64,000 nucleotides of DNA, taken from assembly GCA_021818465.1 (NCBI GenBank), contig JAKAEA010000002.1, positions 31,882 to 95,881 on the forward strand, given 5' to 3'. The DNA is from a bacterium. Lineage in GTDB: Bacteria; Patescibacteriota; Minisyncoccia; Phycocordibacterales; JAKAEA01. Numbering within the stretch: position 1 is the stretch's first letter; every line of letters starts with the position of its first letter. The notes beneath the pieces are model-generated. The model was not told where the DNA came from, made no database searches, and saw only the letters and a program-made list of their open reading frames with translations. This document shows positions 1 to 9,370 of the stretch, piece after piece. A program made the translations under genes and the position numbers.

Positions 1-1291
1 CGTACGACGAGTTAGGTGGGCGACGATGATCGCATGTTCGTCCGGAATAATAGCGACATGCAGCATTTCGTTCAGCGGTGTAGGTACCCGCCGACGCACC
101 AAGATCGCCAAGAAAAATAGCGGAAGCAACAAAGGCTGTTTTGGGATCCCAAGGATTAGGCATACCGGTAGTGCCGAGCGCAGCGTTAATTTTCGGTTGC
201 ATTAATAGCCAGGTTGAAGGAATAAATTGCGCCGGTCCCATCGCCCCACCATAGCCACCACTTGCTTGTGGGCACGAAAGCGGCTGTGTAGCTGGATTAA
301 GACCGAGCGCTGAAGTAATTTGCAAATATGCCGGTTGATTTGCTCTAGACATAATAGATTGCCACTGTTTATAGGCTGGTTGACCGGGGCGATTGCACGT
401 GCCAACATTTTTTCCAAGGTTTGTCTCTTGAGTTAAGATGGCTAAAAGAAATGCTGGATCAACACCTGTTAATTGCTGTGCTGCTTGTGCATACTCAAGC
501 GCTGTACCAAAAGTAATTTGCGAAGTGGTCTGCAACAAGGAGAATAGTGCCTGCCGAATAGCATTTGCTTTCACTTGCTGCTCGGCGATAACACTCTTAT
601 AGTCGGCTTGCTGTTGTTTACTCAAACCCAAAAGGTGCGCTTTTTGATTTTCGTTTGCTTTCACTTGCTGCTCTTCTTGTTGAATTGCCGCTTGGGCATT
701 TTGCTCTTGGATTTGTTGCTGTGTCAGATTCTGCTTAGCGGTTTCTGTATTAGTTTGCGACTGTTGAATAGAGGCGAGTGTTATTTGAATTGATTGTTTA
801 AGTGAACTGAACGTGTCTAAATCTGAGAAAAAATTTGAAATACTTTGACCACTCAATATTACATCGGCCAGAGAAAATGAATCGAGTTGATTGGTTTCGC
901 GAATCAACTGCGCTAGCGATTGTTGGGTAGTGTTCACTTGAGCAGAAAGATCATTAATCGTTTGATTTTTTTGATCAATTTGCGTACCAAGTTGTTGAAT
1001 AGCGAGCTGGTGCGCCTTGATAGAAAGTTGCTCTTCTTTAATTTTATCGTTAAGAATATTGATATCTCGCTGCAGGGTTTGCCCTTTTTGTTGCTCGGTA
1101 ATTAGTGCTTGTTGCTGTTGGGCAATTTGGGCCAATACTTGCGAAAGTTCCGCTTGCAAAGCGGCTTGTTGAGCAGCTTTAGTAGCACTCGCGGATGATG
1201 AGGTTACTGATTGAGCAACCACCATATCAGGAGCCGCCGCATACAACAGTAACGAGAGTATGAGAGAAAGAGAAACGATTTGTGTCTTCAT
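1..1291 (-). CDS. Secreted coiled-coil protein with C-terminal lytic-transglycosylase-like (MltB/SLT_2-like) domain; 3' end runs off the window start
   Basis: Continuous minus-strand frame from ATG near 1291 to the window edge; partial ORFs are not in the supplied track. N-terminal signal peptide (MKTQIVSLSLILSLLLYAAAP), a long Q/A-rich coiled coil with an internal repeat (EQQVKAN x2), and a C-terminal segment with a GAMGPAQFIPSTW motif resembling the MltB-family GxMGQxQFMPS motif. Confidence 0.5.
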   Translation of the reverse strand, partial: MKTQIVSLSLILSLLLYAAAPDMVVAQSVTSSSASATKAAQQAALQAELSQVLAQIAQQQQALITEQQKGQTLQRDINILNDKIKEEQLSIKAHQLAIQQLGTQIDQKNQTINDLSAQVNTTQQSLAQLIRETNQLDSFSLADVILSGQSISNFFSDLDTFSSLKQSIQITLASIQQSQTNTETAKQNLTQQQIQEQNAQAAIQQEEQQVKANENQKAHLLGLSKQQQADYKSVIAEQQVKANAIRQALFSLLQTTSQITFGTALEYAQAAQQLTGVDPAFLLAILTQETNLGKNVGTCNRPGQPAYKQWQSIMSRANQPAYLQITSALGLNPATQPLSCPQASGGYGGAMGPAQFIPSTWLLMQPKINAALGTTGMPNPWDPKTAFVASAIFLGDLGASAGTYTAERNAACRYYSGRTCDHRRPPNSSY

Positions 1292-1358
1292 AGAAATAAA
1301 AATCCTGCGGCACAACCGCAAGATTTAGTATACTACAAATCCTGATTTTCCAAATAGA

Positions 1359-2027
1359 TTACTTTTTGTCGCTCGTTTTAGCCTCAGGAGCAGCACCATC
1401 ACCTTCCGCTGGTTCTTCTTTACCTTTGGCACCCACAACCTCAATATCTTCAATAGACTTGGTTGGCTCTTCAACTTCTTCTTTGGTAACTGCAATAGCC
1501 GCACTGACTTCTTCTCCATCAGTCAGCATTTCTACACCAACCGGCAGTGCTATATCTTTTACCAAAATTTGACTGTCTAAAGTAGCGAGCGAGGCAATAT
1601 CAACAGTCAATTCGTGTGGTAAATCTTTAGGGAGCGCTTCAATTTCAACTTCGTGCAATACTTTTACCAGCGTACCACCAAGATCTTTGACTGCCGGCGC
1701 AACGCCAGTAAATACAAGCGGTACAGAAATTTGCAGTTTTTTACCTTTCTCAATAACGTAAAAATCAGCATGGAGTGGTTGGTCACTTACGGGATTGAGT
1801 GCCACATCATGAATAAGCGCTTCGTGTTCTTCACCTTTTGGTCCTTTTAAGAGAATGATGGATGATTCACCTGCGCTCTTCCAAACCTTAGAAAAATCTA
1901 TAGCCGTAAGAGTGACTGGCGTCGATGGCTCTTTCGGCCCATATAAAACCGCAGGCAATGAACCGCTTTTTCGGAGCGCCTCTGGTTTTTTCGTACTATC
2001 GCGACCTGTGTAATGTAACGTCAACAT
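1359..2027 (-). CDS. rplY: 50S ribosomal protein L25 / general stress protein Ctc
   Basis: MLTLHYTGRDSTKKPEALRKSGSLPAVLYG N-terminus typical of L25/Ctc, plus an acidic C-terminal tail. The track ORF extends to 2048; the internal Met at 2027 is the more likely start. Confidence 0.8.
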   Translation of the reverse strand: MLTLHYTGRDSTKKPEALRKSGSLPAVLYGPKEPSTPVTLTAIDFSKVWKSAGESSIILLKGPKGEEHEALIHDVALNPVSDQPLHADFYVIEKGKKLQISVPLVFTGVAPAVKDLGGTLVKVLHEVEIEALPKDLPHELTVDIASLATLDSQILVKDIALPVGVEMLTDGEEVSAAIAVTKEEVEEPTKSIEDIEVVGAKGKEEPAEGDGAAPEAKTSDKK

Positions 2028-2072
2028 AAAAGTAGCAGCAGTATACAAGAACGCGCGAAAAATGCAACCGTT

Positions 2073-2966
2073 CTACACGAGTTTATTGAATAGTTTTAGA
2101 CGTGCACTCACTACCTTTTGCATAGCTTTGAGACCTTCATTGAGATATTTGTACGGCGCAACTTCGTCGGGTTTTTCTTGCAGTGTTAATTCTAGAGCCT
2201 TACGATAGGCTACGCGGATTTCAGTATTGATATGCACAATGGCCATTCCGGCTGTAATTGCGGCAGTAAAATCTTCATCTACCGTACCCGAACCACCGTG
2301 AAGCACGAGTGGTACACCCGCCGTCTGACGAATAGTGGCGATGCGATTAATATCGAGACGGGGATCGTGACCAACTCGCAGCATGCCATGTATATTACCG
2401 ACGGCCGGTGCCAGAAGATCAACGCCGGTTTTTTCGACAAATTCTTTGGCTTTCTCTGGTGACGTCAAACCAACGCCCGATGTGGAAACACCTTCAGGAA
2501 TTGCATCGAGTATTTTTGAAGAAACACCGATATAGCCAAGCTCACCTTCAATGAGAATATCGCGGCCAGTTTTTCGACTCACTTCACGGGCATAATCAAC
2601 ACACTGCTTTGCCTGCCGTACATTTTCCTCAAAAGAAAGCTGCGCACCATCAAAAATCACCGAGTCAAAACCGGCATCAATAGCTGCTTGTACTTTTTCA
2701 AACGAATAGGTGTGGTCACCATTGAGAAAAATCGGGTACTCAAATTCTTCACGGACACTTTTAACGAGAGCCGCCGCCTGCGGCACGCCGATAAAAGCCC
2801 GCTCACCTTCTGAAACACCAATAAGTATTGGGGTTTTTTGTTCCGGCTGTAGTTCCCGAGCCGCCTGAAAAACTGCCCACAAAGCTGTGACATCGGAAAT
2901 ATTAAAGTGACCAATGGCGATTTTTTTCTCGCTCGCTGCGGCGATGTATTCACGTAACGTTTTCAT
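2073..2966 (-). CDS. fba: Class II fructose/ketose-bisphosphate aldolase
   Basis: Motifs LNGDH, APAVGNIHG and LVLHGGSG. Met at 2964-2966 begins MKTLREYIAA. Confidence 0.85.
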   Translation of the reverse strand: MKTLREYIAAASEKKIAIGHFNISDVTALWAVFQAARELQPEQKTPILIGVSEGERAFIGVPQAAALVKSVREEFEYPIFLNGDHTYSFEKVQAAIDAGFDSVIFDGAQLSFEENVRQAKQCVDYAREVSRKTGRDILIEGELGYIGVSSKILDAIPEGVSTSGVGLTSPEKAKEFVEKTGVDLLAPAVGNIHGMLRVGHDPRLDINRIATIRQTAGVPLVLHGGSGTVDEDFTAAITAGMAIVHINTEIRVAYRKALELTLQEKPDEVAPYKYLNEGLKAMQKVVSARLKLFNKLV

Positions 2967-3066
2967 ATATACGTAGTATATCACAGCAATATTTAGTCTT
3001 GATTTTCTTGTGGTATACTAAAAATTGTCGGATCTATTTTAATGTTAATCCAATTTATTCTCCCCT

Positions 3067-4107
3067 ATGTTTTCTCAACCATTTGATTTTATAGCCATCG
3101 GTGACACAGTTACCGACGCATTTATCCGCTTGAACGATGCCAGTATTCTGCCCGCCGCTGACGGTGTCACCAAAGAATTGTGTGTTACTTTTGGCGACAA
3201 AGTTCCTTATGAATCTTTGAAAGTTATTGCTGGTGTTGGTAATAGTCCGAACGCTGCCGTTGCCGCTGCTCGTCTTGGCTTGCGTACCGCCATAGTCAGC
3301 GATATTGGCGGTGATACTTATGGCACAGAAATGCTGGCTTCCTATAAAAACAATCGGGTTGATACGCGCTTTGTACACAAGCATCAGAATATGGTTTCTA
3401 ATTATCATTTTGTCCTTTGGTATGGTGTCGAGCGCACCATACTCGTTAAACACGAAACATACCCCTATACATTCAAGAGTGAGCAGCGCACCTTAATTGG
3501 AAAAAATACACCACGCTGGATATATTTAAGTTCACTGGGAAAAAATTCCCTACCATACCATCAAGAAATTGCCGCGTATCTTGCTGCCCATCCATCAGTT
3601 AAACTTGCGTTTCAGCCAGGTACCTTCCAGATGGAATTTGGCACAGCCGCATTGGCAGATATATACAAACACACGGAAATTTTCTTTTGTAACCGTGAAG
3701 AGGCTGCACGTATACTAGGTAAACAAGAAACTGCCGACACAACTGCTCAAGCAAAACAAAATGAGATTTTAGAATTTTCAAAAGGCCTCAAAGCGCTTGG
3801 TCCTAAAACGGTCTGCATTACTGACGGCATTGACGGTGCGTGGGGTTACGACGGCACTGACCTGTGGTTCGTACCTATTTATCCGCATGACCCTTACGAA
3901 CGCACTGGTGCTGGCGACGCCTTCAGCTCAACAGTCACCGTGGCGCTGGCACTGGGAAAACCGTTGCCTGAAGCGCTCAGTTGGGGTCCGGTAAACTCAA
4001 TGTCCGTTGTGCAAAAAATCGGCGCTCAAGAAGGGTTGCTCACTCGCGCCCAACTACTTGATTATCTTGCCAAAGCACCCGTTGATTACAAAGTTAAAAA
4101 AATGTAA
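3067..4107 (+). CDS. PfkB-family carbohydrate/nucleoside kinase (ribokinase-like)
   Basis: N-terminal IGDTVTD glycine motif and C-terminal TGAGDAFSS anion-hole motif of the PfkB family. Lies inside the sugar-phosphate cluster. Confidence 0.75.
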   Translation: MFSQPFDFIAIGDTVTDAFIRLNDASILPAADGVTKELCVTFGDKVPYESLKVIAGVGNSPNAAVAAARLGLRTAIVSDIGGDTYGTEMLASYKNNRVDTRFVHKHQNMVSNYHFVLWYGVERTILVKHETYPYTFKSEQRTLIGKNTPRWIYLSSLGKNSLPYHQEIAAYLAAHPSVKLAFQPGTFQMEFGTAALADIYKHTEIFFCNREEAARILGKQETADTTAQAKQNEILEFSKGLKALGPKTVCITDGIDGAWGYDGTDLWFVPIYPHDPYERTGAGDAFSSTVTVALALGKPLPEALSWGPVNSMSVVQKIGAQEGLLTRAQLLDYLAKAPVDYKVKKM

Positions 4108-4152
4108 TAAAAAGTATCTTTTTATTGTGCAAAAATTTTAGATGCTTTAGTT

Positions 4153-5169
4153 TTAGGTGAGAGAATGTTTTCTCTGCAACACGCTGCGCACCGCATCACG
4201 AACACCAGTCACACCCATACCGTAATGCTCGATGAGTTCGGCAGGAGTACCGGACTGGCCAAATTGATTATGAACACCGACAAATTCTATCGGTACCGGC
4301 TGGCCTTTGGCAGCCACGAGCTCGGCTACGGCGCTACCCATGCCGCCAGCGATTTGGTGTTCTTCAACAGTGACGAGCGCACCAGCAGATGCAGCAAGAT
4401 GCAATAAAGCGCGTTCATCAAGTGGTTTGATGGTAGAAAGATTGAGCACGGTGACACCAATTTTTTCTTTTTCCAGCTCGCGCGCTACTTGAAGAGCTTT
4501 GTGCACCAGTGCGCCAGTAGCAATGATACCGACGTCGGGCGTGCGCGTAACAGGCTGCCAAAAAATCTGGGCTTTCCCTATTTCAAACGACGTACTAGCG
4601 GTGGTGATAATTGGTGTCTGCTCACGTGCCAAACGCACGTAAACGGGCGTGTCGGTCTTTGCAACAGCGAGCGTGGCTTTCTTCGCTTCAATAGCATCAC
4701 AAGGCGAAATAACCACCATACGCGGCAGTACACGAGTGATAGCAATATCTTCAATCGCTTGATGTGTACCGCCATCAGGACCAACAGAGACACCCGCGTG
4801 TGAGCCGGCAATTTTAACCGGACGATTGTTGTAACAAATAGTGGTGCGGATTTGTTCCCAATTACGGCCGGGACTAAACATGGCATACGATGCAATAAAA
4901 GGAATTTTTCCCATAGCTGCCATACCACTTGCCGTAGCTGCAAGATTTTGCTCAGCAATACCTATCTCCACAAAGCGCTCAGGAAATTTTTCTTTAAACA
5001 AGTGCATTTGGGCCGACTCAGTAAGATCAGCACATAAGCCAACCACTCGCTCATCAGCCTCACCAGCGGCGAGTAAACCTTCACCAAAACCACGACGAAT
5101 GGGCACCTGCTCCACAGCATCGTCAAAAATTTTCTGATTGAGTTTTACATGCGAGGGTATCATAGACAA
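4153..5169 (-). CDS. Transketolase, C-terminal (pyrimidine-binding) subunit of a split enzyme
   Basis: EIGIAEQNLAATASGMAAMGKIPF and HAGVSVGPDGGTHQAIEDIA motifs. Sits directly downstream of the N-terminal subunit gene. Confidence 0.9.
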   Translation of the reverse strand: MSMIPSHVKLNQKIFDDAVEQVPIRRGFGEGLLAAGEADERVVGLCADLTESAQMHLFKEKFPERFVEIGIAEQNLAATASGMAAMGKIPFIASYAMFSPGRNWEQIRTTICYNNRPVKIAGSHAGVSVGPDGGTHQAIEDIAITRVLPRMVVISPCDAIEAKKATLAVAKTDTPVYVRLAREQTPIITTASTSFEIGKAQIFWQPVTRTPDVGIIATGALVHKALQVARELEKEKIGVTVLNLSTIKPLDERALLHLAASAGALVTVEEHQIAGGMGSAVAELVAAKGQPVPIEFVGVHNQFGQSGTPAELIEHYGMGVTGVRDAVRSVLQRKHSLT

Positions 5170-5174
5170 GTAGA

Positions 5175-6074
5175 TTATTGATGTTCACTTTGAATGCGAC
5201 CTTGCAGAGTGCGCAATTCAGTAAGTGCCATTTTTGCTTCGACAGCGTTTGGTGGTTTACCATGCCATTCAAATTTTCGTTCAAACTCAACAACGCCTTT
5301 GCCGGGAATAGTGTGGGCAATAATAACCGAGGGTTTATCAAAAATCGCTTTTGCTTGATCCACCGCCGCGACAATGTCCGTAAAGCTATGTCCATCAATT
5401 TCCAAGACGTGCCAATTAAATGCTTCCCACTTGGCGCGTAAATCTTCTAGTGGTAAAACATTTTCAGTATAGCCGTCAATTTGGATATTATTACGATCTA
5501 CAATGGCAATGAGATTGCCTAGTCGCTCACGACCCGCCACCAGCACCGCTTCCCAGTTATTGCCCTCATTTAGTTCGCCATCGCCCAAAAGACAGAAAAA
5601 GAAATGCGACACCACCGCACTCGCATCATCACCATTTTTTTTGCGGTCGATAGCGGCGTTCATCCGGTCAGCGATAGCCATACCAACCGCTTGCGAAAGA
5701 CCTGAACCGAGTGGTCCTGAGCTTGTTTCCAATGCTGGCAAAAAGTCGCGGTGCGGATGACCTTGTAAACGTGAACCAAACTTACGCAACGTGACCAATT
5801 CTGCAATTGGAAAATAACCGGCGTGGGCCATACTAGCATAGAGCACTGGGCAAATGTGACCGTTCGAAAGAATCACCCGATCGCGATCGGGCCAATGGGG
5901 CTGCTTCGGATCATGCTTTAAAATATAAAAATAAAGAGCAGTAAAAATATCTGCCATACCGAGTGGGCCAGCAGTGTGACCGGAACCCGCAGCCAAGAGC
6001 ATTGTAATGATAGATTCGCGAATAGCGTTGGCCTGCAACTCTAATTTTTTGATCGTCGTATCATCAAGGTGCAT
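5175..6074 (-). CDS. Transketolase, N-terminal (TPP-binding) subunit
   Basis: GSGHTAGPLG, GHPHRD and GDGELNEGNNWEA (TPP-binding) motifs. Split tktN/tktC arrangement. Confidence 0.9.
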   Translation of the reverse strand: MHLDDTTIKKLELQANAIRESIITMLLAAGSGHTAGPLGMADIFTALYFYILKHDPKQPHWPDRDRVILSNGHICPVLYASMAHAGYFPIAELVTLRKFGSRLQGHPHRDFLPALETSSGPLGSGLSQAVGMAIADRMNAAIDRKKNGDDASAVVSHFFFCLLGDGELNEGNNWEAVLVAGRERLGNLIAIVDRNNIQIDGYTENVLPLEDLRAKWEAFNWHVLEIDGHSFTDIVAAVDQAKAIFDKPSVIIAHTIPGKGVVEFERKFEWHGKPPNAVEAKMALTELRTLQGRIQSEHQ

Positions 6075-6125
6075 TGTTTCATTTTACCATACACAAATAC
6101 TAATCTTAAAAAAACGCGAACAAAA

Positions 6126-6854
6126 TTATACACACGTTTTAAATTTTTCTAGAGCAGCAACAACTGACGTGTGGGCTAATGCTTCAGGAGAACCAAAAAT
6201 TGCTGATCCAATAATAAGGCGCGAGGCACCAGCTTCTACTAATACTCGAGCATGTTCCACATTCACGCCACCATCTACAGTAATAGGAATTTCTGGATGA
6301 GCACTATGAAACGCACGCACCCGATCAAACACCCGATCACCGGCAAATTCTTGCCCTTGATATCCCACTCGCTCAATTCCCATTAATTGAATACCGTTTA
6401 CGTCTTCTAGATACTCGGTTACCACCTCAAGAGGTGTTTCTAGAGCAAGTGCCAAACCAAATTCAAGAAACGTGGCGGCATCGCGGCGACTAGCCAAATG
6501 ACCAATAAGCTCTTTGAGGTGGTGCGGCGTGGCGCTCTCTAGATGCACAATAATTCGTGATGCACCCGCAGCAATCCAATCATCAATGATTGCCGGTGTC
6601 GGTCCCTGCACCATCAAATCAATTTCATAATCAAGTTGCTGCCACTGTGGTAACCCCTCCTGTTGATTAACTATGTTTGCAAAATGTTGGTCGCGGTGCA
6701 GATCTGCTCCTCTATAGGGCCAGCTACGTGACGGTACAAATCGACCATCGCAGACATCGAGCTGAACGAGCGGCACTCGACCAGCGACGAGCGCCACTTT
6801 TTCTTGTATTTCTTTAAAATCAGCCGGCAACATCGCCGGAATAATCTCCACCAT
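6126..6854 (-). CDS. rpe: Ribulose-phosphate 3-epimerase-like (TIM barrel)
   Basis: IIPAMLPADF...LDVCDGRFVP and ITVDGGVN resemble the Rpe catalytic and phosphate-binding motifs, with an insertion relative to the canonical HLDVMDxHFVPN. Confidence 0.7.
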   Translation of the reverse strand: MVEIIPAMLPADFKEIQEKVALVAGRVPLVQLDVCDGRFVPSRSWPYRGADLHRDQHFANIVNQQEGLPQWQQLDYEIDLMVQGPTPAIIDDWIAAGASRIIVHLESATPHHLKELIGHLASRRDAATFLEFGLALALETPLEVVTEYLEDVNGIQLMGIERVGYQGQEFAGDRVFDRVRAFHSAHPEIPITVDGGVNVEHARVLVEAGASRLIIGSAIFGSPEALAHTSVVAALEKFKTCV

Positions 6855-6866
6855 ATTCGTAGTATA

Positions 6867-7337
6867 TCAAACTCGTGTGCCGTGTTTCCTTTCAATATCA
6901 CGAATTTTTTCAATACGCCGCGCGTGACGTGGTTCGTTGGAAAATGCGGTTGAAAGCCAGATGTCCACAACCCGCTTGGCATCTGCCGGTGTAATAAATT
7001 TTGCACCCAGCGAAAGCACATTGGCATCATTGTGCTCGCGTAGTAGTTGAATAATTTCTTCTGATCCACCATAAAAAACACCGGCGCGCACATTGGCAAA
7101 TTTATTAGCAACCATAGCTTCACCCTGGCCAGACAAACCAATCACAATCCCCCGCGCTTCTGTTGGATTTTTAGCAACTTCTTGCGCGGCAAGGGAAATA
7201 AAATCGGGATAATCATCGTGCGGTTCGAATGTCGCTGGTCCCATATCAGAAACTTCAAAACCGGCGCTCCGCAGATACTCGCCGAGATGTTTTTTGAGGG
7301 TAAAACCCGCATGATCAGAAGCAAGATAAATTTTCAT
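6867..7337 (-). CDS. rpiB: Ribose-5-phosphate isomerase B
   Basis: MKIYLASDHAGFTLK N-terminus; RpiB/LacAB family; 156 aa. Confidence 0.9.
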   Translation of the reverse strand: MKIYLASDHAGFTLKKHLGEYLRSAGFEVSDMGPATFEPHDDYPDFISLAAQEVAKNPTEARGIVIGLSGQGEAMVANKFANVRAGVFYGGSEEIIQLLREHNDANVLSLGAKFITPADAKRVVDIWLSTAFSNEPRHARRIEKIRDIERKHGTRV

Positions 7338-7383
7338 ATCACTTTATAATACCAACGAAAAAAATGACACATGCGCACAGTAT

Positions 7384-7656
7384 TTACTGCACCGCTGCCG
7401 CTGGTGTTTGTGTTAGCGTCGGCGTAAAGGCGGGCGTATGCGACTGAATTTGCATTTCACCAAGTACCACAAACACAATTGCACCTATAAACATAATAAG
7501 AGCTAGGCCAATAATGATAGCGGTGCCAACATTTTTTGATTTAGCAATATGATACCGAATCAAAAAACGAACAAGTGGAGAAGAGACCGATTCTTCAATA
7601 AGCTTGCGCTCAGTCGGTTTAAATGATTCTTCTTCAAATTGAACACCGGAAGACAT
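7384..7656 (-). CDS. Small membrane protein (one C-terminal TM helix), hypothetical
   Basis: 90-aa ORF between gap and rpiB on the same strand; hydrophobic segment AIIIGLALIMFIGAIVFVVLG. Confidence 0.35.
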   Translation of the reverse strand: MSSGVQFEEESFKPTERKLIEESVSSPLVRFLIRYHIAKSKNVGTAIIIGLALIMFIGAIVFVVLGEMQIQSHTPAFTPTLTQTPAAAVQ

Positions 7657-7670
7657 GGTTAGCTATGTTA

Positions 7671-8705
7671 TTAAAGTTGCTGCGCAGCTCGTATGACGTG
7701 TTCCACTAATGAATGGGTGTACCCCATTTCATTGTCGTACCACGCCATCACCTTCACAAGCGTACCGTCTACAACACGAGTCAAACCCAAGTCGGCAATA
7801 GACGCGTGACTATCACCGACAATATCACTCGAGACTAATGGCTCATCGGTTACAGCAAACGTTTTTTGCCACTGCGGATCAGCTGCTGCTTTTTTCAAAA
7901 TAGCATTAACTTCTTCAACACTCGTCGGCCGTTTGGCAATAAATGTAATATCGGCTATAGAACCAGTAATAACCGGCACACGAATAGAAATGCCATCAAA
8001 TTTACCCTTCAGAGCCGGCACAGCTTTAGTCACAGCAATAGCCGCACCAGTTGATGTCGGTACCAAGTTATGAGCGGCCGCTCGTCCTTCTTTCCAATCA
8101 CCTTTCTTACTCGGCCCATCAACAAGCGCCTGACTTGCCGTATATCCATGTACCGTATTGAGAATCGCTTTTTCAATACCAATTGTTTCGTTTAAAATTT
8201 GAATGACTGGCGAACTAGCATTCGTGGTACATGATGCATTGGAGCTCAACTGACTGGCATCGAGTTCATGCTCGTTAATCCCCATAAGAACGGTCACACC
8301 GGCAACAGCGGATGATGGATCATCTTTGGCGGGCGCACTAATAACAACACGCTTTGCTCCCGCTGAAATATGAGCCGAAGCTTTACCAAAATTAGTAAAG
8401 AAACCAGTGGATTCAATAACAATATCGATATTTAAATCTTTCCACGGCAAAGCCGCTGGATCTTTTTCTGATAGATATGCCACTTCCGTACCGTTTACAA
8501 TAAGAGCCTTCGCGTCATCACGAACCGTAATATCAAGTCCGCTGCGGCCATATGCAGAATCATATTTGAGTAAGTAAGCAATGTTGTGAATGTCTGCTAA
8601 ATCATTCATCGCCACCACCTCAAGTTCGGGTCGGGTGATAGCAACTTTATAAAATGCTCGGCCGATACGGCCAGCGCCATTGATGGCAATGCGTATTTTT
8701 TTCAT
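7671..8705 (-). CDS. gap: Glyceraldehyde-3-phosphate dehydrogenase
   Basis: N-terminal IAINGAGRIGR NAD-binding motif and SNASCTTNASSPV active-site Cys motif. Confidence 0.92.
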   Translation of the reverse strand: MKKIRIAINGAGRIGRAFYKVAITRPELEVVAMNDLADIHNIAYLLKYDSAYGRSGLDITVRDDAKALIVNGTEVAYLSEKDPAALPWKDLNIDIVIESTGFFTNFGKASAHISAGAKRVVISAPAKDDPSSAVAGVTVLMGINEHELDASQLSSNASCTTNASSPVIQILNETIGIEKAILNTVHGYTASQALVDGPSKKGDWKEGRAAAHNLVPTSTGAAIAVTKAVPALKGKFDGISIRVPVITGSIADITFIAKRPTSVEEVNAILKKAAADPQWQKTFAVTDEPLVSSDIVGDSHASIADLGLTRVVDGTLVKVMAWYDNEMGYTHSLVEHVIRAAQQL

Positions 8706-8743
8706 ATACGTCTAGTATAGCAAATATTCGAATGATTAAAAAA

Positions 8744-9334
8744 TTAATTTTGAGCAATCAGATTAGGCGGTATGGCAACGTTTGTCCCCACCGTCACGCC
8801 CGTAGCAGCAGCCGTTCCAGCATCTGCCTCAATAACATACATCGCCTGAGAAAAGCTAGTTGGTGCAAATACGGTCGGATAGGTACTTGTTGCCACATTC
8901 TCTTTCATATAGATAACCTTTCCTGTTTTATCAAGCCAAAAAATATCTAGTGGAAAATTCATACCTTTCATCCAAATACCCCAGTTACTCGCCGATGGAA
9001 ATACAAAGAGCATCACGCTATTTGCTGGTAAATTTTGCTGATATGAAAGACCGAGCTCTCGACTAGCTAAACTCGTGACAATGTCAGCAGAAAACACTTT
9101 TCCATTAAGCATCACCGTATTGGGTGCACTCGTAAGAGCTAGTGGAGTGTGCGAACTCTGCGTTGCTGTTGTCCCTGCCGATTGCGTATCTGACGATGCG
9201 GTAAATTGACTATTATCGACAGACGCCGCTTGTATTTTTTGAGCTAAACCATGAAATACCAGCACAAATGTTGGTACAAAAAATCCTAAAAAAACGAGAG
9301 CCGCCACACCACCGAAAAGAAGAGCTTTAATCAT
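8744..9334 (-). CDS. DUF192-family protein with N-terminal membrane anchor
   Basis: FPLDIFWLDKTGKVIYM matches the conserved DUF192 (COG1430) core; N-terminal TM helix. Confidence 0.6.
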   Translation of the reverse strand: MIKALLFGGVAALVFLGFFVPTFVLVFHGLAQKIQAASVDNSQFTASSDTQSAGTTATQSSHTPLALTSAPNTVMLNGKVFSADIVTSLASRELGLSYQQNLPANSVMLFVFPSASNWGIWMKGMNFPLDIFWLDKTGKVIYMKENVATSTYPTVFAPTSFSQAMYVIEADAGTAAATGVTVGTNVAIPPNLIAQN

Positions 9335-9370
9335 ATGTGTATTGTGACATAGCCCGCAAGAACGAGCAAT

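Noticed and set aside
573-670. Direct repeat of about 20 nt (tttgctttcacttgctgctc) looked at as a possible CRISPR or mini-repeat
   Set aside because: Only two copies, both inside the coiled-coil coding region, and they translate to a duplicated EQQVKAN peptide. This is an internal coding repeat, not a CRISPR array. I noticed no multi-copy regularly spaced repeats anywhere in the window.
6671-7141. 156-aa minus-strand ORF spanning the rpe/rpiB junction
   Set aside because: Out-of-frame overlap with two well-supported genes (rpe 3' end and rpiB 5' end); no recognisable protein features.
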